Assembly: GCA_036493295.1 (NCBI GenBank)
Contig: DASXQB010000419.1
Coordinates: forward strand, 1-53,912
Direction of reading: 5' to 3'
Length of the DNA: 53,912 nucleotides
Source: Polyangia bacterium
GTDB lineage: Bacteria; Myxococcota_A; Polyangia; Fen-1088
The notes under the pieces are model-generated. The model ran no database searches. It was not told the origin of the DNA and worked only from the letters and a program-made list of their open reading frames with translations. Below are positions 26,622 through 36,044 of the stretch, in pieces (position 1 is the stretch's first letter; every line of letters begins with the position of its first letter). A program made the position numbers and the translations under genes.

Positions 26622-27638
26622 ATGCGACAGGTCTGGATCACTCGCCGAGGCGGACCGAACGTCCTGCGCGTCAAAGAAGCAGCGGATCCCGCGCCCAGTC
26701 CCGGCCAGGTGCGCGTGCGCGTCGCCGCGGCCGGCGTCAACTTCGCCGATATTTTGGCGCGCATGGGCCTTTATCCCGACGCGCCCAAGTTGCCCTGCGT
26801 GATCGGCTATGAAGTGGCCGGCACCGTCGACGCGATCGGCGCCGGCGTGAAGTCGGTGAAGGCCGGCGATCGCGTGCTGGCGCTGACGCGCTTTGGAGGC
26901 TACAGCGACGTCATCGTGGCGCCGGAGCTTCAGGTGGTGCCGATCCCGGCGGCCCTGACCATGGAGAAGGCCGCAGCCGTGCCGGTCAATTACGTCACCG
27001 CCTGGATCATGCTTGTGAAGCTGGGCAACCTCTGCAAGGGCGAGCGTGTCTTGATCCACGCGGCGGCCGGCGGCGTGGGCCAGGCGGCGCTGCAGCTCTG
27101 CCGCTGGCGCGGCGCCGAAGTGTTCGGGACCGCCGGCGTGGGAAAACACCAGCGCCTGACGGAGCTGGGCGTCGCCCACTGCATCGACTATCACACCCAG
27201 GATTTTGAAGACGAGGTCCGGCGCCTCACCGACGGAAAAGGCGTTCACCTGATCATCGACGCCGTCGGCGGCGGATCGTTTCGCAAGAGCTACCGCTCGC
27301 TGGCGCCGATGGGCCGGCTGTTCCTGTTCGGCGCATCGGCGCTGGCTCCCGGCCGCACGCGCAATCTGTTCGCCGCTGTGCGCGGCCTGCTGGCCATGGG
27401 CGCGTTCAGGCCGGTGCCGCTGATGAACGACAACCGCGGCGTCTTCGGCGTGAACATGGGCCACCTCTGGGATCACGCCGCCATGCTTCGCACCATCATC
27501 GAAGAGATTCTGACTTTGATCGCGGGTGGCGTGCTGGATCCGCTGGTCGACAAGACGTTCTCGTTCGACCAGGCGGCCGACGCACACGCCTATCTGCAAG
27601 GGCGCAAGAATTTCGGCAAGGTTCTGCTCACACCGTAA
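26622..27638 (+). CDS. Zn-independent MDR-family NADPH:quinone oxidoreductase (VAT-1-like)
   Basis: 338 aa. GVNFADILARMGLYP, GYEVAGTV and HAAAGGVGQAA are typical of quinone oxidoreductase / zeta-crystallin-like MDRs. Confidence 0.9.
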   Translation: MRQVWITRRGGPNVLRVKEAADPAPSPGQVRVRVAAAGVNFADILARMGLYPDAPKLPCVIGYEVAGTVDAIGAGVKSVKAGDRVLALTRFGGYSDVIVAPELQVVPIPAALTMEKAAAVPVNYVTAWIMLVKLGNLCKGERVLIHAAAGGVGQAALQLCRWRGAEVFGTAGVGKHQRLTELGVAHCIDYHTQDFEDEVRRLTDGKGVHLIIDAVGGGSFRKSYRSLAPMGRLFLFGASALAPGRTRNLFAAVRGLLAMGAFRPVPLMNDNRGVFGVNMGHLWDHAAMLRTIIEEILTLIAGGVLDPLVDKTFSFDQAADAHAYLQGRKNFGKVLLTP

Positions 27639-27676
27639 CGACGGCGCCGGCCAAGGCGGCGTCGACCGTCCCGGCT

Positions 27677-28285
27677 TCAGCCCTGGCGACGCACCAGCGC
27701 GAACCATGCGTCGAACGGCTGGCCCTTGCGGAAGGCCCGCCCGATCACGACGTGCTTGCTCACCCGACGAAGCACGTCGGTGGTTTGATAATAGATAAAG
27801 CGCGACAGGCGCGCCGAGTTGGGGATGATCTTCGGCCAGCTTGGCACCTTCCCCGGCGGCAGCATCGTGTAGTCGACGATCAGCTCGCCTCCGTCGGTGA
27901 AGTGCGCGACGAAGTACCCCGGTCCGGTCGCCATGCGGTGGGTCTGCTCGTTGTAGCCCCACAGCTCGGCGGTGGCGCTGCCGGTGGACGGCGGCCGGCA
28001 AAAGCGTTTTTGAAAGCGTGTGAACAGCGGCAGCGAGTTCTTGCCCTCATGAATGACCTCGGTCAGCGGCGGCGTCTCAGCGGGAACAAGATCGGTCAGG
28101 CGAAGCGGTTCATTGAACGCCGCCGCCTCGAACAGCGGGGCCAACTGGCGCCGGCGCAGCTTCATGACCGCCTTGATGCGCGCGTCCTCGGACAATCGGT
28201 CCAGCTGTTCGGCGATCTCGAGCGGCGCGAACGGCGGCAAGAAAACTGACGCTGCGTCGGAAACCGGTTGCTCGTTGGCGATCAT
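27677..28285 (-). CDS. Hypothetical protein (202 aa), last gene of the FadL/DUF962 operon
   Basis: Taken from ATG 28285 (ATGA overlap with the DUF962 stop) of ORF 27677..28510. No motif recognised. The composition is ordinary for a globular protein. Confidence 0.6.
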   Translation of the reverse strand: MIANEQPVSDAASVFLPPFAPLEIAEQLDRLSEDARIKAVMKLRRRQLAPLFEAAAFNEPLRLTDLVPAETPPLTEVIHEGKNSLPLFTRFQKRFCRPPSTGSATAELWGYNEQTHRMATGPGYFVAHFTDGGELIVDYTMLPPGKVPSWPKIIPNSARLSRFIYYQTTDVLRRVSKHVVIGRAFRKGQPFDAWFALVRRQG

Positions 28286-28590
28286 GCGCGTCCCCGCACC
28301 TTGGCCATCCACCAGCCCAACCCGACGAAGAAAAAGCGCCAGCCCTTCAGAAATTCCGGCGCCTTTCTCTCGAAGGCGTGCCCGATGAATTGAAAGATCC
28401 ACCCCACGCCGAACAGCGCCGCCGCCAGCCACCACAACTTGGGCGCGGCGACGCCGGCGACAAAGACGACCATCGAAAGCGCGATCATCGGAATCCCGAT
28501 GGTGTGGCAAAAGCGGTTCGTTGGATGAGAGTGGCTTTGCGCGTACTCACTGACCCAGTCGTCCCAACTGCGTGTGCTCAACAGCGCCAT
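28282..28590 (-). CDS. DUF962 / Mpo1-like membrane protein
   Basis: 102 aa. HSHPTNRFCHTIGIPMI plus GHAFERKAPEF and two or three hydrophobic helices fit the bacterial DUF962 (YGL010w-like) pattern. Confidence 0.7.
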   Translation of the reverse strand: MALLSTRSWDDWVSEYAQSHSHPTNRFCHTIGIPMIALSMVVFVAGVAAPKLWWLAAALFGVGWIFQFIGHAFERKAPEFLKGWRFFFVGLGWWMAKVRGRA

Positions 28591-28605
28591 GACAGCCTCC
28601 TAGAT

Positions 28606-29991
28606 TCAGAACTGCTTCTGCAAATTGACATTGAAGAGACCAACCCACTGCGTGTATTTGCCGCCGCCGTCCGGCAAGCGGGTGGGCAGATTGGCTTGCG
28701 CCAGCTGACTTTTTCCGGTGTTGTCGCGATCCAGGTACTGGATTTGCGTGTAAGAGGCGGCGATGAAAAATGTCTGCGTCGCCTGCACCCGCGCTCCCAG
28801 CGCGCCGGCGATGTTGTCGGCGTCAGCCAGGCCCGGGTCCATCGTTGAATCCGGCACCGCGGCGGTTTCAAATCCGAGACCAGCAAACAGTTCGACCCTG
28901 GGCGAAACCCAGTTGCTGACGCCCCCGCGCACGCCGTAGGTGTCGTTCCAGTGGCGGCGCAGGTTCTGGATGGTCGTGCCCTTTGGCGTGGCGTCCGCGC
29001 CACTGGCGTCGACCTGACACAGCTGATCTTGAAAGCCGACACACTGAGTTTGCATCACGCTCCAGCGCGTGTATTCGCCGGACAAACGCAACTCCCAATT
29101 CGCCACCGGGCGAAAGCGGCCGCCCACGCGCACGCTGTCGGGCAAAGCCTGGTGAAAGTCGACGTCAAACACCGTCGAGCTGCCTTGATAGGTGGTCTTC
29201 AGCGTGCCGGTGAGCTTCATCGGTCCCAACCCCGGCTGAGCCTGGTAGCCCGCGCCCAACCACAGGCGCCGTTCGATTGCCTCGAACATGATGCCCAGGC
29301 CGAAGCTGCCTTGCCATCCGACGACGTCCAGGTGCGCGCGGCCCTCGCGGGTGACGTCGGGATCGCCGAAGCCAACCGGCGTGCGGGCCTGCGTGCTGTC
29401 AATCGAAGAACGAATCAGGTTCCCGGTCACCCCGACACTGAGACGTTTGTAACGATAGGCCACCCCGGCGGTCAGATACGCGAAGGTCAGCGCTCCGTCG
29501 ATGCCCTGCCAGCGCTGGATACCGTCGGCGGCGAGAGGAAATTGGGGGCTGTTCTTGAATTTGTCGTTGGTGCCCCACTGCGCGCGGCCACCGAACGGAA
29601 CCATGAACGCCGCGCCCAGCGCCAGCCCACCGATGCGCGTGGTGGCGCCGAACATCGGTCCGCCGAAGACGTTGAACAGCGATGCCTTGCCGGTCGACGA
29701 TCCTTCCGCGCCCGGCGGTTCGGGCATGTCCGTCGGTGCGGCGGTGTGTTCCCAGGTAGCGTGGCGCATGGCCAGCGTCCCGTCGAGAAACAGCGTCGTC
29801 CCTTCGGAGAATCCGATGCCCGCGGGATTGTAATAAAGCGCGGTGGGGTTGTCGGTGGTGACGTTGCCTTGCTCGCCGCCGAAACGCGCCGCCGAAAATC
29901 CCGATCCGTGCGCGTGCGGGGACCAGCCGATCAGAATCGGCAACATGGTCCCCGCCAGCGCGAGGAGTTTTCTGACGTCCAGTCGAATCAC
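28606..29991 (-). CDS. Outer-membrane long-chain fatty acid / hydrophobic compound transporter (FadL/OMPP1/TodX family)
   Basis: 461 aa with a signal peptide. The N-terminal motif is NPTALYYNPAGIGF. It has alternating beta-strand patterning and a C-terminal ...NVNLQKQF (terminal Phe). The GTG start overlaps the upstream stop (GTGA). Confidence 0.85.
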   Translation of the reverse strand: MIRLDVRKLLALAGTMLPILIGWSPHAHGSGFSAARFGGEQGNVTTDNPTALYYNPAGIGFSEGTTLFLDGTLAMRHATWEHTAAPTDMPEPPGAEGSSTGKASLFNVFGGPMFGATTRIGGLALGAAFMVPFGGRAQWGTNDKFKNSPQFPLAADGIQRWQGIDGALTFAYLTAGVAYRYKRLSVGVTGNLIRSSIDSTQARTPVGFGDPDVTREGRAHLDVVGWQGSFGLGIMFEAIERRLWLGAGYQAQPGLGPMKLTGTLKTTYQGSSTVFDVDFHQALPDSVRVGGRFRPVANWELRLSGEYTRWSVMQTQCVGFQDQLCQVDASGADATPKGTTIQNLRRHWNDTYGVRGGVSNWVSPRVELFAGLGFETAAVPDSTMDPGLADADNIAGALGARVQATQTFFIAASYTQIQYLDRDNTGKSQLAQANLPTRLPDGGGKYTQWVGLFNVNLQKQF

Positions 29992-31097
29992 ATCGGCAGC
30001 GCGGCGCGAACGTCAGCGCAGGTGGCAGCGTCGGCCACTTGCTTGGAGGTGAACGTCCCCGACATCGGCGTCGGCACCTTGTAATCAGTTCGTGACTGAT
30101 CGACGAAGTCGGTCTGGGTGGCCGTGCATTCCGCGCCGCCCTTGACGTGGCAGCCGACGACGTGGCTGTCGAAGAACGTCACGTTGGCCGTTCCCGACTG
30201 CGCCGTGCACGAGTCCAGCTTGCCCGCAAGCGCGACGATCGTTCGCGACGCCAGGTAGACCTGATCCGCTGAAGGCGCCGATCCGAATATGCCGAGACCG
30301 GTGGGCGGCGCGACGAAGCCTCCCCCATCCTTGGGAATCGCGGTGAATCCCGGCTTTCCATCGCCGTCGGCGTCGACTACGGTGACGCCGGTATAAGACA
30401 TCGGCCACGCTGCCATCGGGTCAGTCATGGTCAGACCGACCAGCGCCACCGTCGGCATGATGGTGATGCTGGAACCGGCGTTCCATCCCGAGATGCTGCC
30501 CATGTTGGGAAACTTCGGGATCGTTGGCGCGTCCCACACGCTGTTCGGCACGTCGATCGAGACCATCGAGCCGCCAGTGACGACCGTGCCGGCAAAGTTG
30601 AGCGCGAACGGCGGCAGCACGGTGCCGCACGACCAGGTGTCGCCGGCCAGCGTGGTGCCGGTGGCATTGAACTTGGCTCGGTTCCAAAGGTGGATTTTCC
30701 CGGTGCCCGCCGACGTGGCGGCAGTGGCCGGCCAGGTCGCGTCGAGGACGATGTGCACGGCCAAGGTGAACGCGGTCAGCGCCGGACAGTCTGTTGTCCC
30801 GCCGTCGCCGGCCACCATTCCGCCAGTGCCGCCAACGACGCTCCCGCCGGTGCCACCCGACGTTCCACCGCTACCGCTGGCCGTGGTGCCGCCGCTGCCG
30901 CTGGCCGTGGTGCCACCGCTACCTCCCGACGTGCCGCCGGTGCCGCCCGTCGTGCCGCCGCTGCCACCGGGGGGCACCTGCGAATCGCTCGAACCGCAGG
31001 CCACCGCAGTGGCCAGCGCGGCGAAGAGCATCCGGCGTTTCCAGTCGCCACCTGCTGTCAGGCGGTTCTTCATTCGATCGCTGTGCGTGTGGTCCAT
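29988..31097 (-). CDS. Hypothetical lipoprotein with a Gly/Thr/Ser linker, translationally coupled to FadL
   Basis: Taken from ATG 31097, preceded by GGAGG with a 6-nt spacer, inside ORF 29988..31490. The signal peptide with lipobox-like end is ...RRMLFAALATAVAC. A roughly 70-aa (GGT/SGG) linker is followed by a domain of about 270 aa with 7 Cys. Confidence 0.75.
   Translation of the reverse strand: MDHTHSDRMKNRLTAGGDWKRRMLFAALATAVACGSSDSQVPPGGSGGTTGGTGGTSGGSGGTTASGSGGTTASGSGGTSGGTGGSVVGGTGGMVAGDGGTTDCPALTAFTLAVHIVLDATWPATAATSAGTGKIHLWNRAKFNATGTTLAGDTWSCGTVLPPFALNFAGTVVTGGSMVSIDVPNSVWDAPTIPKFPNMGSISGWNAGSSITIMPTVALVGLTMTDPMAAWPMSYTGVTVVDADGDGKPGFTAIPKDGGGFVAPPTGLGIFGSAPSADQVYLASRTIVALAGKLDSCTAQSGTANVTFFDSHVVGCHVKGGAECTATQTDFVDQSRTDYKVPTPMSGTFTSKQVADAATCADVRAALPM
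30868..30923. repeat. 24-nt tandem repeat (about 2.3 copies) in the lipoprotein linker
   Basis: CCGCTACCGCTGGCCGTGGTGCCG (30868-30891) is followed by CCGCTGCCGCTGGCCGTGGTGCCA (30892-30915), 22/24 identical, and then a partial third copy. It encodes GGTTASGS units. Confidence 0.7.
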
Positions 31098-31114
31098 GGA
31101 ATGCCTCCAGCAGG

Positions 31115-32929
31115 TCAGAACGGATACTTGCCAAGTTCGATGGCGGCGGCCGCCACTTCTCGTCGTAGAGCAATCGTGTTGGGCGTTTCCCGGGCGCTGA
31201 ATCGGCGCAGGGAGGCCAGAAACGGGGCCAGCGCGGCGCCGTCGTGCAGCCGCGCCAGCAAGCGGCGCGCGGCGGATTCGATCTCGTCCAGGGCGTCTTG
31301 CGCGTAACAGCGCACCGCCGCTTCTTGCAGGCGCGCGGCCGCCGCACCGACGGCCGCCGCGCGTTTCTGCGCGCGCAGCAGCGCGCTCTCCAGCGCGTAG
31401 GTGGCCATGGCGATGTCGGCGAAGTGGCCCAGGACCTCTTGCTCGTCGACCAGGCTCTGGCCAAATTTCTGCGCCGCCAGGCCCAGGCACATCAGCGCGA
31501 TGGTCTTCGCGCCCTTGGTCATGCGCGCTTCTGCGGCGAGAAAACCATCTGGCACACCGACCGGCGAGCGCACCTCGGCGCTGGCGCCGCCCTCGGTTTC
31601 GTTCATCAGGGTCATCGCCCGAGAGAAGATCGGCAGGTCACCCTTCATCGCGCGCCGCAAAAGCCGGCCCGGCACCAGCAGGCGGTTGATCTCGTTGGTG
31701 CCCTCGAAGATGCGGTTGATGCGAGCGTCGCGCCAGTGGCGCTCGGCCGGGAAATCCTCGACGAAGCCGGCGCTGGCGTAGATCTGCACGCCCTCGTCGA
31801 CCACGTAGTCCAGCATCTCGCTGCACCACACCTTCACCATCGAGCACTCGACGTCGTACTCCTCGATGCGCTTCAGACACTCGTCGGTGTTCTTGGTGTC
31901 CACGCCGCTGAGGTTGCGATCGATCATTCCGCCCGTGCGGTAGACCATCGACTCCGAGACGTAGGTCAGAATCGCCATCTGCCCCAGCTTGTGGCGGATG
32001 AGACCGAAGTCAGAGATCGGATGCCCGAAGGCCATTCGACCTTTCGCGTATTCGATGGTCTCGCCCAGGGCCAGCTTGGCCCCGCCGGTCACGCAGGCGC
32101 CCAGCTTGAAGCGACCGACGTTGAGGACGTTGAAGGCGATCTTATGACCCTTGCCGATCTCGCCCAGCACGTTTTCGCGCGGGATGACGGCGTCGTTCAA
32201 GATCAGCGGGCGCGTCGACGAACCCTTGATGCCGGTCTTTTTCTCTTCGGCGCCCAGGCTGACGCCGGGCATGTCCTTCTCGATGATGAAGGCGGTGAAG
32301 TGTTCGCCGTCGACCTTGGCGAAGGTGGTGTAGACGTCGGCGAAGCCGGCGTTGGTCAGCCACATCTTCTCGCCGTTCAGGATCCAGTTTTTGCCGTCCG
32401 GCGACAGCACCGCCTTGGTCTTGGCGTTCATGGCGTCGGAGGCCGACGACGCTTCGGACAGCGAGTACGAAGCGATCCACTCGCCGCTGCCGAGCTTGGG
32501 CAAGTACTTTTTCTTCTGCGCCTCCGAACCGAAATAGACGATCGGCAGCGTCCCGATCCCGGTGTGGGCCATGAACGTCACCACGAAGCTGCCTTCGCGG
32601 GCGGCGTTCTCGGCGGTGATGGTGGCCGAGACCTTGTCCAGGCCGAGACCGCCGTATTCTTCGGGGATCTCGATGGCCAGCAAGCCCAGGTCGCCCGCCT
32701 TGCGCATCAGCTTGCGGGTGGTCTCGTAATTGAGGGCCAGGATCTGCGGCAGCGCCGGGACCACGTCCTTGGCCATCCACTCGGCGCAGGTGGCGCCCAT
32801 CATCCGCTGTTCGTCGGTGAGATCTTCCGGCGTGAAGATCTCGGCGGGCGCCCGCTCCTCAAGCAGGAAGCTGCCGCCGCGGGCGGCCACCACCTGATCT
32901 TGAATCTTCTCCACGGACATCGTTGCCAT
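31115..32929 (-). CDS. Acyl-CoA dehydrogenase, long form (about 600 aa, C-terminal helical extension)
   Basis: Taken from ATG 32929, preceded by AGGAG with a 6-nt spacer, of ORF 31115..33196. The ACAD N, M and C regions are present (SLSEASSASDA, GEKMWLTNAG, IYASAGF...RDARINRIFEGTNEI). Confidence 0.9.
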   Translation of the reverse strand: MATMSVEKIQDQVVAARGGSFLLEERAPAEIFTPEDLTDEQRMMGATCAEWMAKDVVPALPQILALNYETTRKLMRKAGDLGLLAIEIPEEYGGLGLDKVSATITAENAAREGSFVVTFMAHTGIGTLPIVYFGSEAQKKKYLPKLGSGEWIASYSLSEASSASDAMNAKTKAVLSPDGKNWILNGEKMWLTNAGFADVYTTFAKVDGEHFTAFIIEKDMPGVSLGAEEKKTGIKGSSTRPLILNDAVIPRENVLGEIGKGHKIAFNVLNVGRFKLGACVTGGAKLALGETIEYAKGRMAFGHPISDFGLIRHKLGQMAILTYVSESMVYRTGGMIDRNLSGVDTKNTDECLKRIEEYDVECSMVKVWCSEMLDYVVDEGVQIYASAGFVEDFPAERHWRDARINRIFEGTNEINRLLVPGRLLRRAMKGDLPIFSRAMTLMNETEGGASAEVRSPVGVPDGFLAAEARMTKGAKTIALMCLGLAAQKFGQSLVDEQEVLGHFADIAMATYALESALLRAQKRAAAVGAAAARLQEAAVRCYAQDALDEIESAARRLLARLHDGAALAPFLASLRRFSARETPNTIALRREVAAAAIELGKYPF

Positions 32930-32955
32930 CGATTGCTCCTGGGCGTGCGGCGGCG

Positions 32956-33567
32956 TCAGCGTTTTCGGGCGGGCGTCTTGGCGCTGGCGCCGGTGAGAAA
33001 CAGTTCGACCACCGGGCCGGCCATCTCCGTCAGGTCGAAGGCGTTGTGGGCCAGCACCCACGACGTGACCAGCGCGTCCAAGCCGCCGAAGAAAGCGTGG
33101 GTGGCCAGCTTGCGCGAAATATCTTTGCGAAAGCTCCCTTGCTTCTGCCCGGCCTCGATGGCCGCCTCGACGAGATCGAAGTACTCCTTCAGCCACGAAG
33201 CGGTGAACAGCTCCATGAACTTCGTCGACTGCCGCAGCTCGACCTGAAACACCACCGCCAGATCGGGATTGCGTCCCAAAAGGCCCAGGTGGTGATCGGC
33301 GATCACCCGCAGCTGCGCGGCCGCATCGTCGACGCGCCGGATCTCCTGGCGCGCCGCTTCGATGTGCTCACCCATCACCTCATCGAACAGCTTGGTGAGG
33401 ATGTGGTCCTTGCTCTCGAAGTACAGGTAGACGGTGCCGTCGGCGATCCCGGCCGCGTTGGCCACGTCGCTGATGCGGCTGGCGAAGAAACCCTTGCGGG
33501 CGAAGACCTGCACCGCTGCATCCAAGATGCGCTGACGCTTGTCGTCGGTCCGTCGCTTGCCCATCAT
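32956..33567 (-). CDS. TetR-family fatty-acid-degradation regulator, FadR(YsiA)-like
   Basis: Taken from ATG 33567 of ORF 32956..34425. RILDAAVQVFARKGFFASRISDVANAAGIADGTVYLYFESKDHIL and ...VFQVELRQS... are collinear with my memory of B. subtilis FadR/YsiA. The rest of the long ORF is antisense to the SDR gene. Confidence 0.85.
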   Translation of the reverse strand: MMGKRRTDDKRQRILDAAVQVFARKGFFASRISDVANAAGIADGTVYLYFESKDHILTKLFDEVMGEHIEAARQEIRRVDDAAAQLRVIADHHLGLLGRNPDLAVVFQVELRQSTKFMELFTASWLKEYFDLVEAAIEAGQKQGSFRKDISRKLATHAFFGGLDALVTSWVLAHNAFDLTEMAGPVVELFLTGASAKTPARKR

Positions 33568-33580
33568 GAATAACCGGGAC

Positions 33581-33600
33581 CTGAATGAACGCTCATTCAG
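33581..33600. promoter_or_regulatory. Perfect palindromic operator CTGAATGA-ACGC-TCATTCAG (FadR/YsiA-box-like)
   Basis: The 8-bp arms are exact reverse complements, with a 4-bp spacer. It lies 14 bp upstream of the TetR start (33567) in the 108-bp divergent gap to the SDR operon (start 33676). Confidence 0.6.
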
Positions 33601-33675
33601 TAATTGCGAATTATATGCTTTTACAGGTTCTGTCAACGAGATAATGTCTTCTCCGTCGACGCTGGAGGCGCCGCC

Positions 33676-34497
33676 ATGAGCCAAAAACTCGCTGAAAAGG
33701 TCGTCTTCATCACCGGCGCCTCGTCCGGCATCGGCGAAGGGTTGGCCCGCGAGGCCGCCGCTGCCGGCGCCGCCGTGGTGCTGGTGGCGCGACGCCTGGG
33801 ATTGACCGCTCGCCTGGCTGCCGAGTTCGAAGCGGCCGGCGGCCGCGCCCTGGCCGTCGCCGCCGACGTCACCCAGGAAGGCGCGCTGGAATCCGCCGTC
33901 GCGCAAGCCCGGGCGCGTTTTGGCCGGCTGGACATCGCCATCGCCAACGCCGGCATCAGCGTCAACGGTCCGCTGGCCGAGCTGAGCCTGGAAGACTTTC
34001 GCCGGCAGTTCGACACCAACGTCCTGGGCGTCGTCCGCACGGTGCAGGCGACGCTGCCGGCGTTGAAAGAAACCTGCGGCTCGATCGGCATCGTCGGCAG
34101 CACCAACGGTTATCTCTCGCTGCCCGGCTATTCTGCTTACTGCGCCAGCAAGCATGCCGTGCGCTCGCTGGCCGATTGTCTGCGGCACGAACTGGCCGCG
34201 CAAAACGTGTCGGTCACACACCTGGCGCCGGGGTTCGTGCAAAGCGAGATCCGGGTGCTGGATCGAAACGGCCAGCCGCGCGCCAATTTCGTCGATCCGA
34301 TTCCGCGCTGGCTGCAGCTGCCGGCGCGACGGGCCGGGCGCCAGATGTTGTGCGCCATCCAGGCCCGGCGCGCCGAATCGATCATCACCTTGCACTCGCG
34401 GCTGTCGATCTTCGCCGCGCGCCACATGCCGTGGTTGATCTCGGCGATCCTGCGCGTTGCCCGCGGCCCCCTGATCACCGCGGCCCAGCAGCCATGA
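33676..34497 (+). CDS. Short-chain dehydrogenase/reductase (classical SDR)
   Basis: Taken from ATG 33676, preceded by GGAGG with a 7-nt spacer. It has TGASSGIGEG, NAG and the YCASKHA catalytic motif. Confidence 0.9.
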   Translation: MSQKLAEKVVFITGASSGIGEGLAREAAAAGAAVVLVARRLGLTARLAAEFEAAGGRALAVAADVTQEGALESAVAQARARFGRLDIAIANAGISVNGPLAELSLEDFRRQFDTNVLGVVRTVQATLPALKETCGSIGIVGSTNGYLSLPGYSAYCASKHAVRSLADCLRHELAAQNVSVTHLAPGFVQSEIRVLDRNGQPRANFVDPIPRWLQLPARRAGRQMLCAIQARRAESIITLHSRLSIFAARHMPWLISAILRVARGPLITAAQQP

Positions 34498-36044
34498 GCA
34501 TCGCCGAGTACGACACGCTGGACGGCTTGGGACTGGCGGCGCTGGTGCGCAAGCGCCAGGTCTCGCCAGCCGAACTGCTGAACGAAGCCATCGCCCGCGT
34601 CGAACGCGTGAACCCCCGCCTCAACGCCGTGGTCACGCCGCTTTACGAACAGGCGCGGCGCGCGGTGGCCGGCCCGCTGCCCGACGGACCGTTTCGTGGC
34701 GTGCCGTTCCTGCTGAAGGATCTGGCGGTGGCGCTGGCCGGCGCGCGGCTGACCCACGGCAGCCGCTTCGTCGGCGACTACACACCCGCCAACGACAGCA
34801 CGCTGGTGGCGCGCTATCGACAAGCGGGCCTGGTCTTCTTCGGCAAGACCAACACGCCCGAGTTCGGCCTTCTGCCTTGCACGGAACCGGATCGCTTCGG
34901 GCCCGCGCGAAATCCGTGGAATCCCGATTTCACGCCCGGTGGCTCCAGCGGCGGCTCGGCGGCGGCGGTGGCGGCGGGCATCGTTCCCGTCGCGCACGGC
35001 AACGACGGCGGCGGATCGATCCGCATTCCGGCGTCGTGCTGCGGGTTGTTCGGGCTCAAGCCGACGCGCGGGCGCATGCCCGTCGGTCCCGACGCCAGCG
35101 AGCTTCTGGGCGGCTTCGGCGTCGACCACGTCCTGGCGCGCAGCGTGCGCGACAGCGCTGCGATGCTGGACGCCACGGCGGGCGCCGACGCCGTCGCCCG
35201 CTATCACGCCCCGCGCACCGGCGGTCCTTTCACCGCCGAAGTGGCGGTGGCGCCGCGGCGATTGAAGATCGCGCTGCAAAGACCGGCGCACCTGACCATC
35301 GGCGGCGGCCAGCCGTTGCATCCGGAAAGCGCGGCCGCCCTCGACGACGCCGCCAAGCTGCTGGCCGACCTCGGTCACGACGTCGAGGAGACCACGGTGC
35401 CTGTCGACGCCGAGGCGTTCGCCCGCGAGTTCATGGTGATCATGTGCGTGGAGATCGCCGCCGCCGTCGCCGCCATCTCGTCGGTGCGCGGCCGTCGCCC
35501 GCGTCGCGGCGAGGTCGAGGTGAACACCACGCTGACAGCGATGGTCGGCCGGCAACAGAGCGCCGTGCGCTATGCCCTGGCCCGCGAGCGACTGAACGCG
35601 GTGGCGCGCCAGACCGTCGGTTTTTTCGAACGGTTCGACGTGCTGCTGTCGCCGACGCTGGGCGCGCCGCCGCTGGCCATCGGCGCGCTGCGGCCGCGCG
35701 GGCTCGAAGCCTGGGCAGGCGAGCTCGTCGCCGCGACCGGTCTGTCGTTCGTGTTGCGCCTGCCGGGGGTGGCGGCAGCGTCGGCGAAACGAATCTTCGA
35801 CTTTGTCTCGTTCACGCCGCTGGCGAATGTCACCGGTCAACCATCGATGAGCGTCCCGCTCTACTGGACCGCCGCCGGCCTTCCCATCGGCTCGATGCTG
35901 ACGGCCGGCGTGGGGGACGAGGCCACGCTGTTTCAACTGGCCGGGCAACTGGAGCAAGCACGCCCGTGGGCGGCGCGGCGCCCGCCTGTTCACGGGTCGG
36001 CCGAAACGCTGGCGTCGCTGCGCGAGGTCTCGTCAGCCGCATGA
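34494..36044 (+). CDS. Amidase-signature (AS) family amidase
   Basis: Taken from ATG 34494 (ATGA overlap). The AS signature is [46 protein letters not shown]. Confidence 0.9.
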   Translation: MSIAEYDTLDGLGLAALVRKRQVSPAELLNEAIARVERVNPRLNAVVTPLYEQARRAVAGPLPDGPFRGVPFLLKDLAVALAGARLTHGSRFVGDYTPANDSTLVARYRQAGLVFFGKTNTPEFGLLPCTEPDRFGPARNPWNPDFTPGGSSGGSAAAVAAGIVPVAHGNDGGGSIRIPASCCGLFGLKPTRGRMPVGPDASELLGGFGVDHVLARSVRDSAAMLDATAGADAVARYHAPRTGGPFTAEVAVAPRRLKIALQRPAHLTIGGGQPLHPESAAALDDAAKLLADLGHDVEETTVPVDAEAFAREFMVIMCVEIAAAVAAISSVRGRRPRRGEVEVNTTLTAMVGRQQSAVRYALARERLNAVARQTVGFFERFDVLLSPTLGAPPLAIGALRPRGLEAWAGELVAATGLSFVLRLPGVAAASAKRIFDFVSFTPLANVTGQPSMSVPLYWTAAGLPIGSMLTAGVGDEATLFQLAGQLEQARPWAARRPPVHGSAETLASLREVSSAA

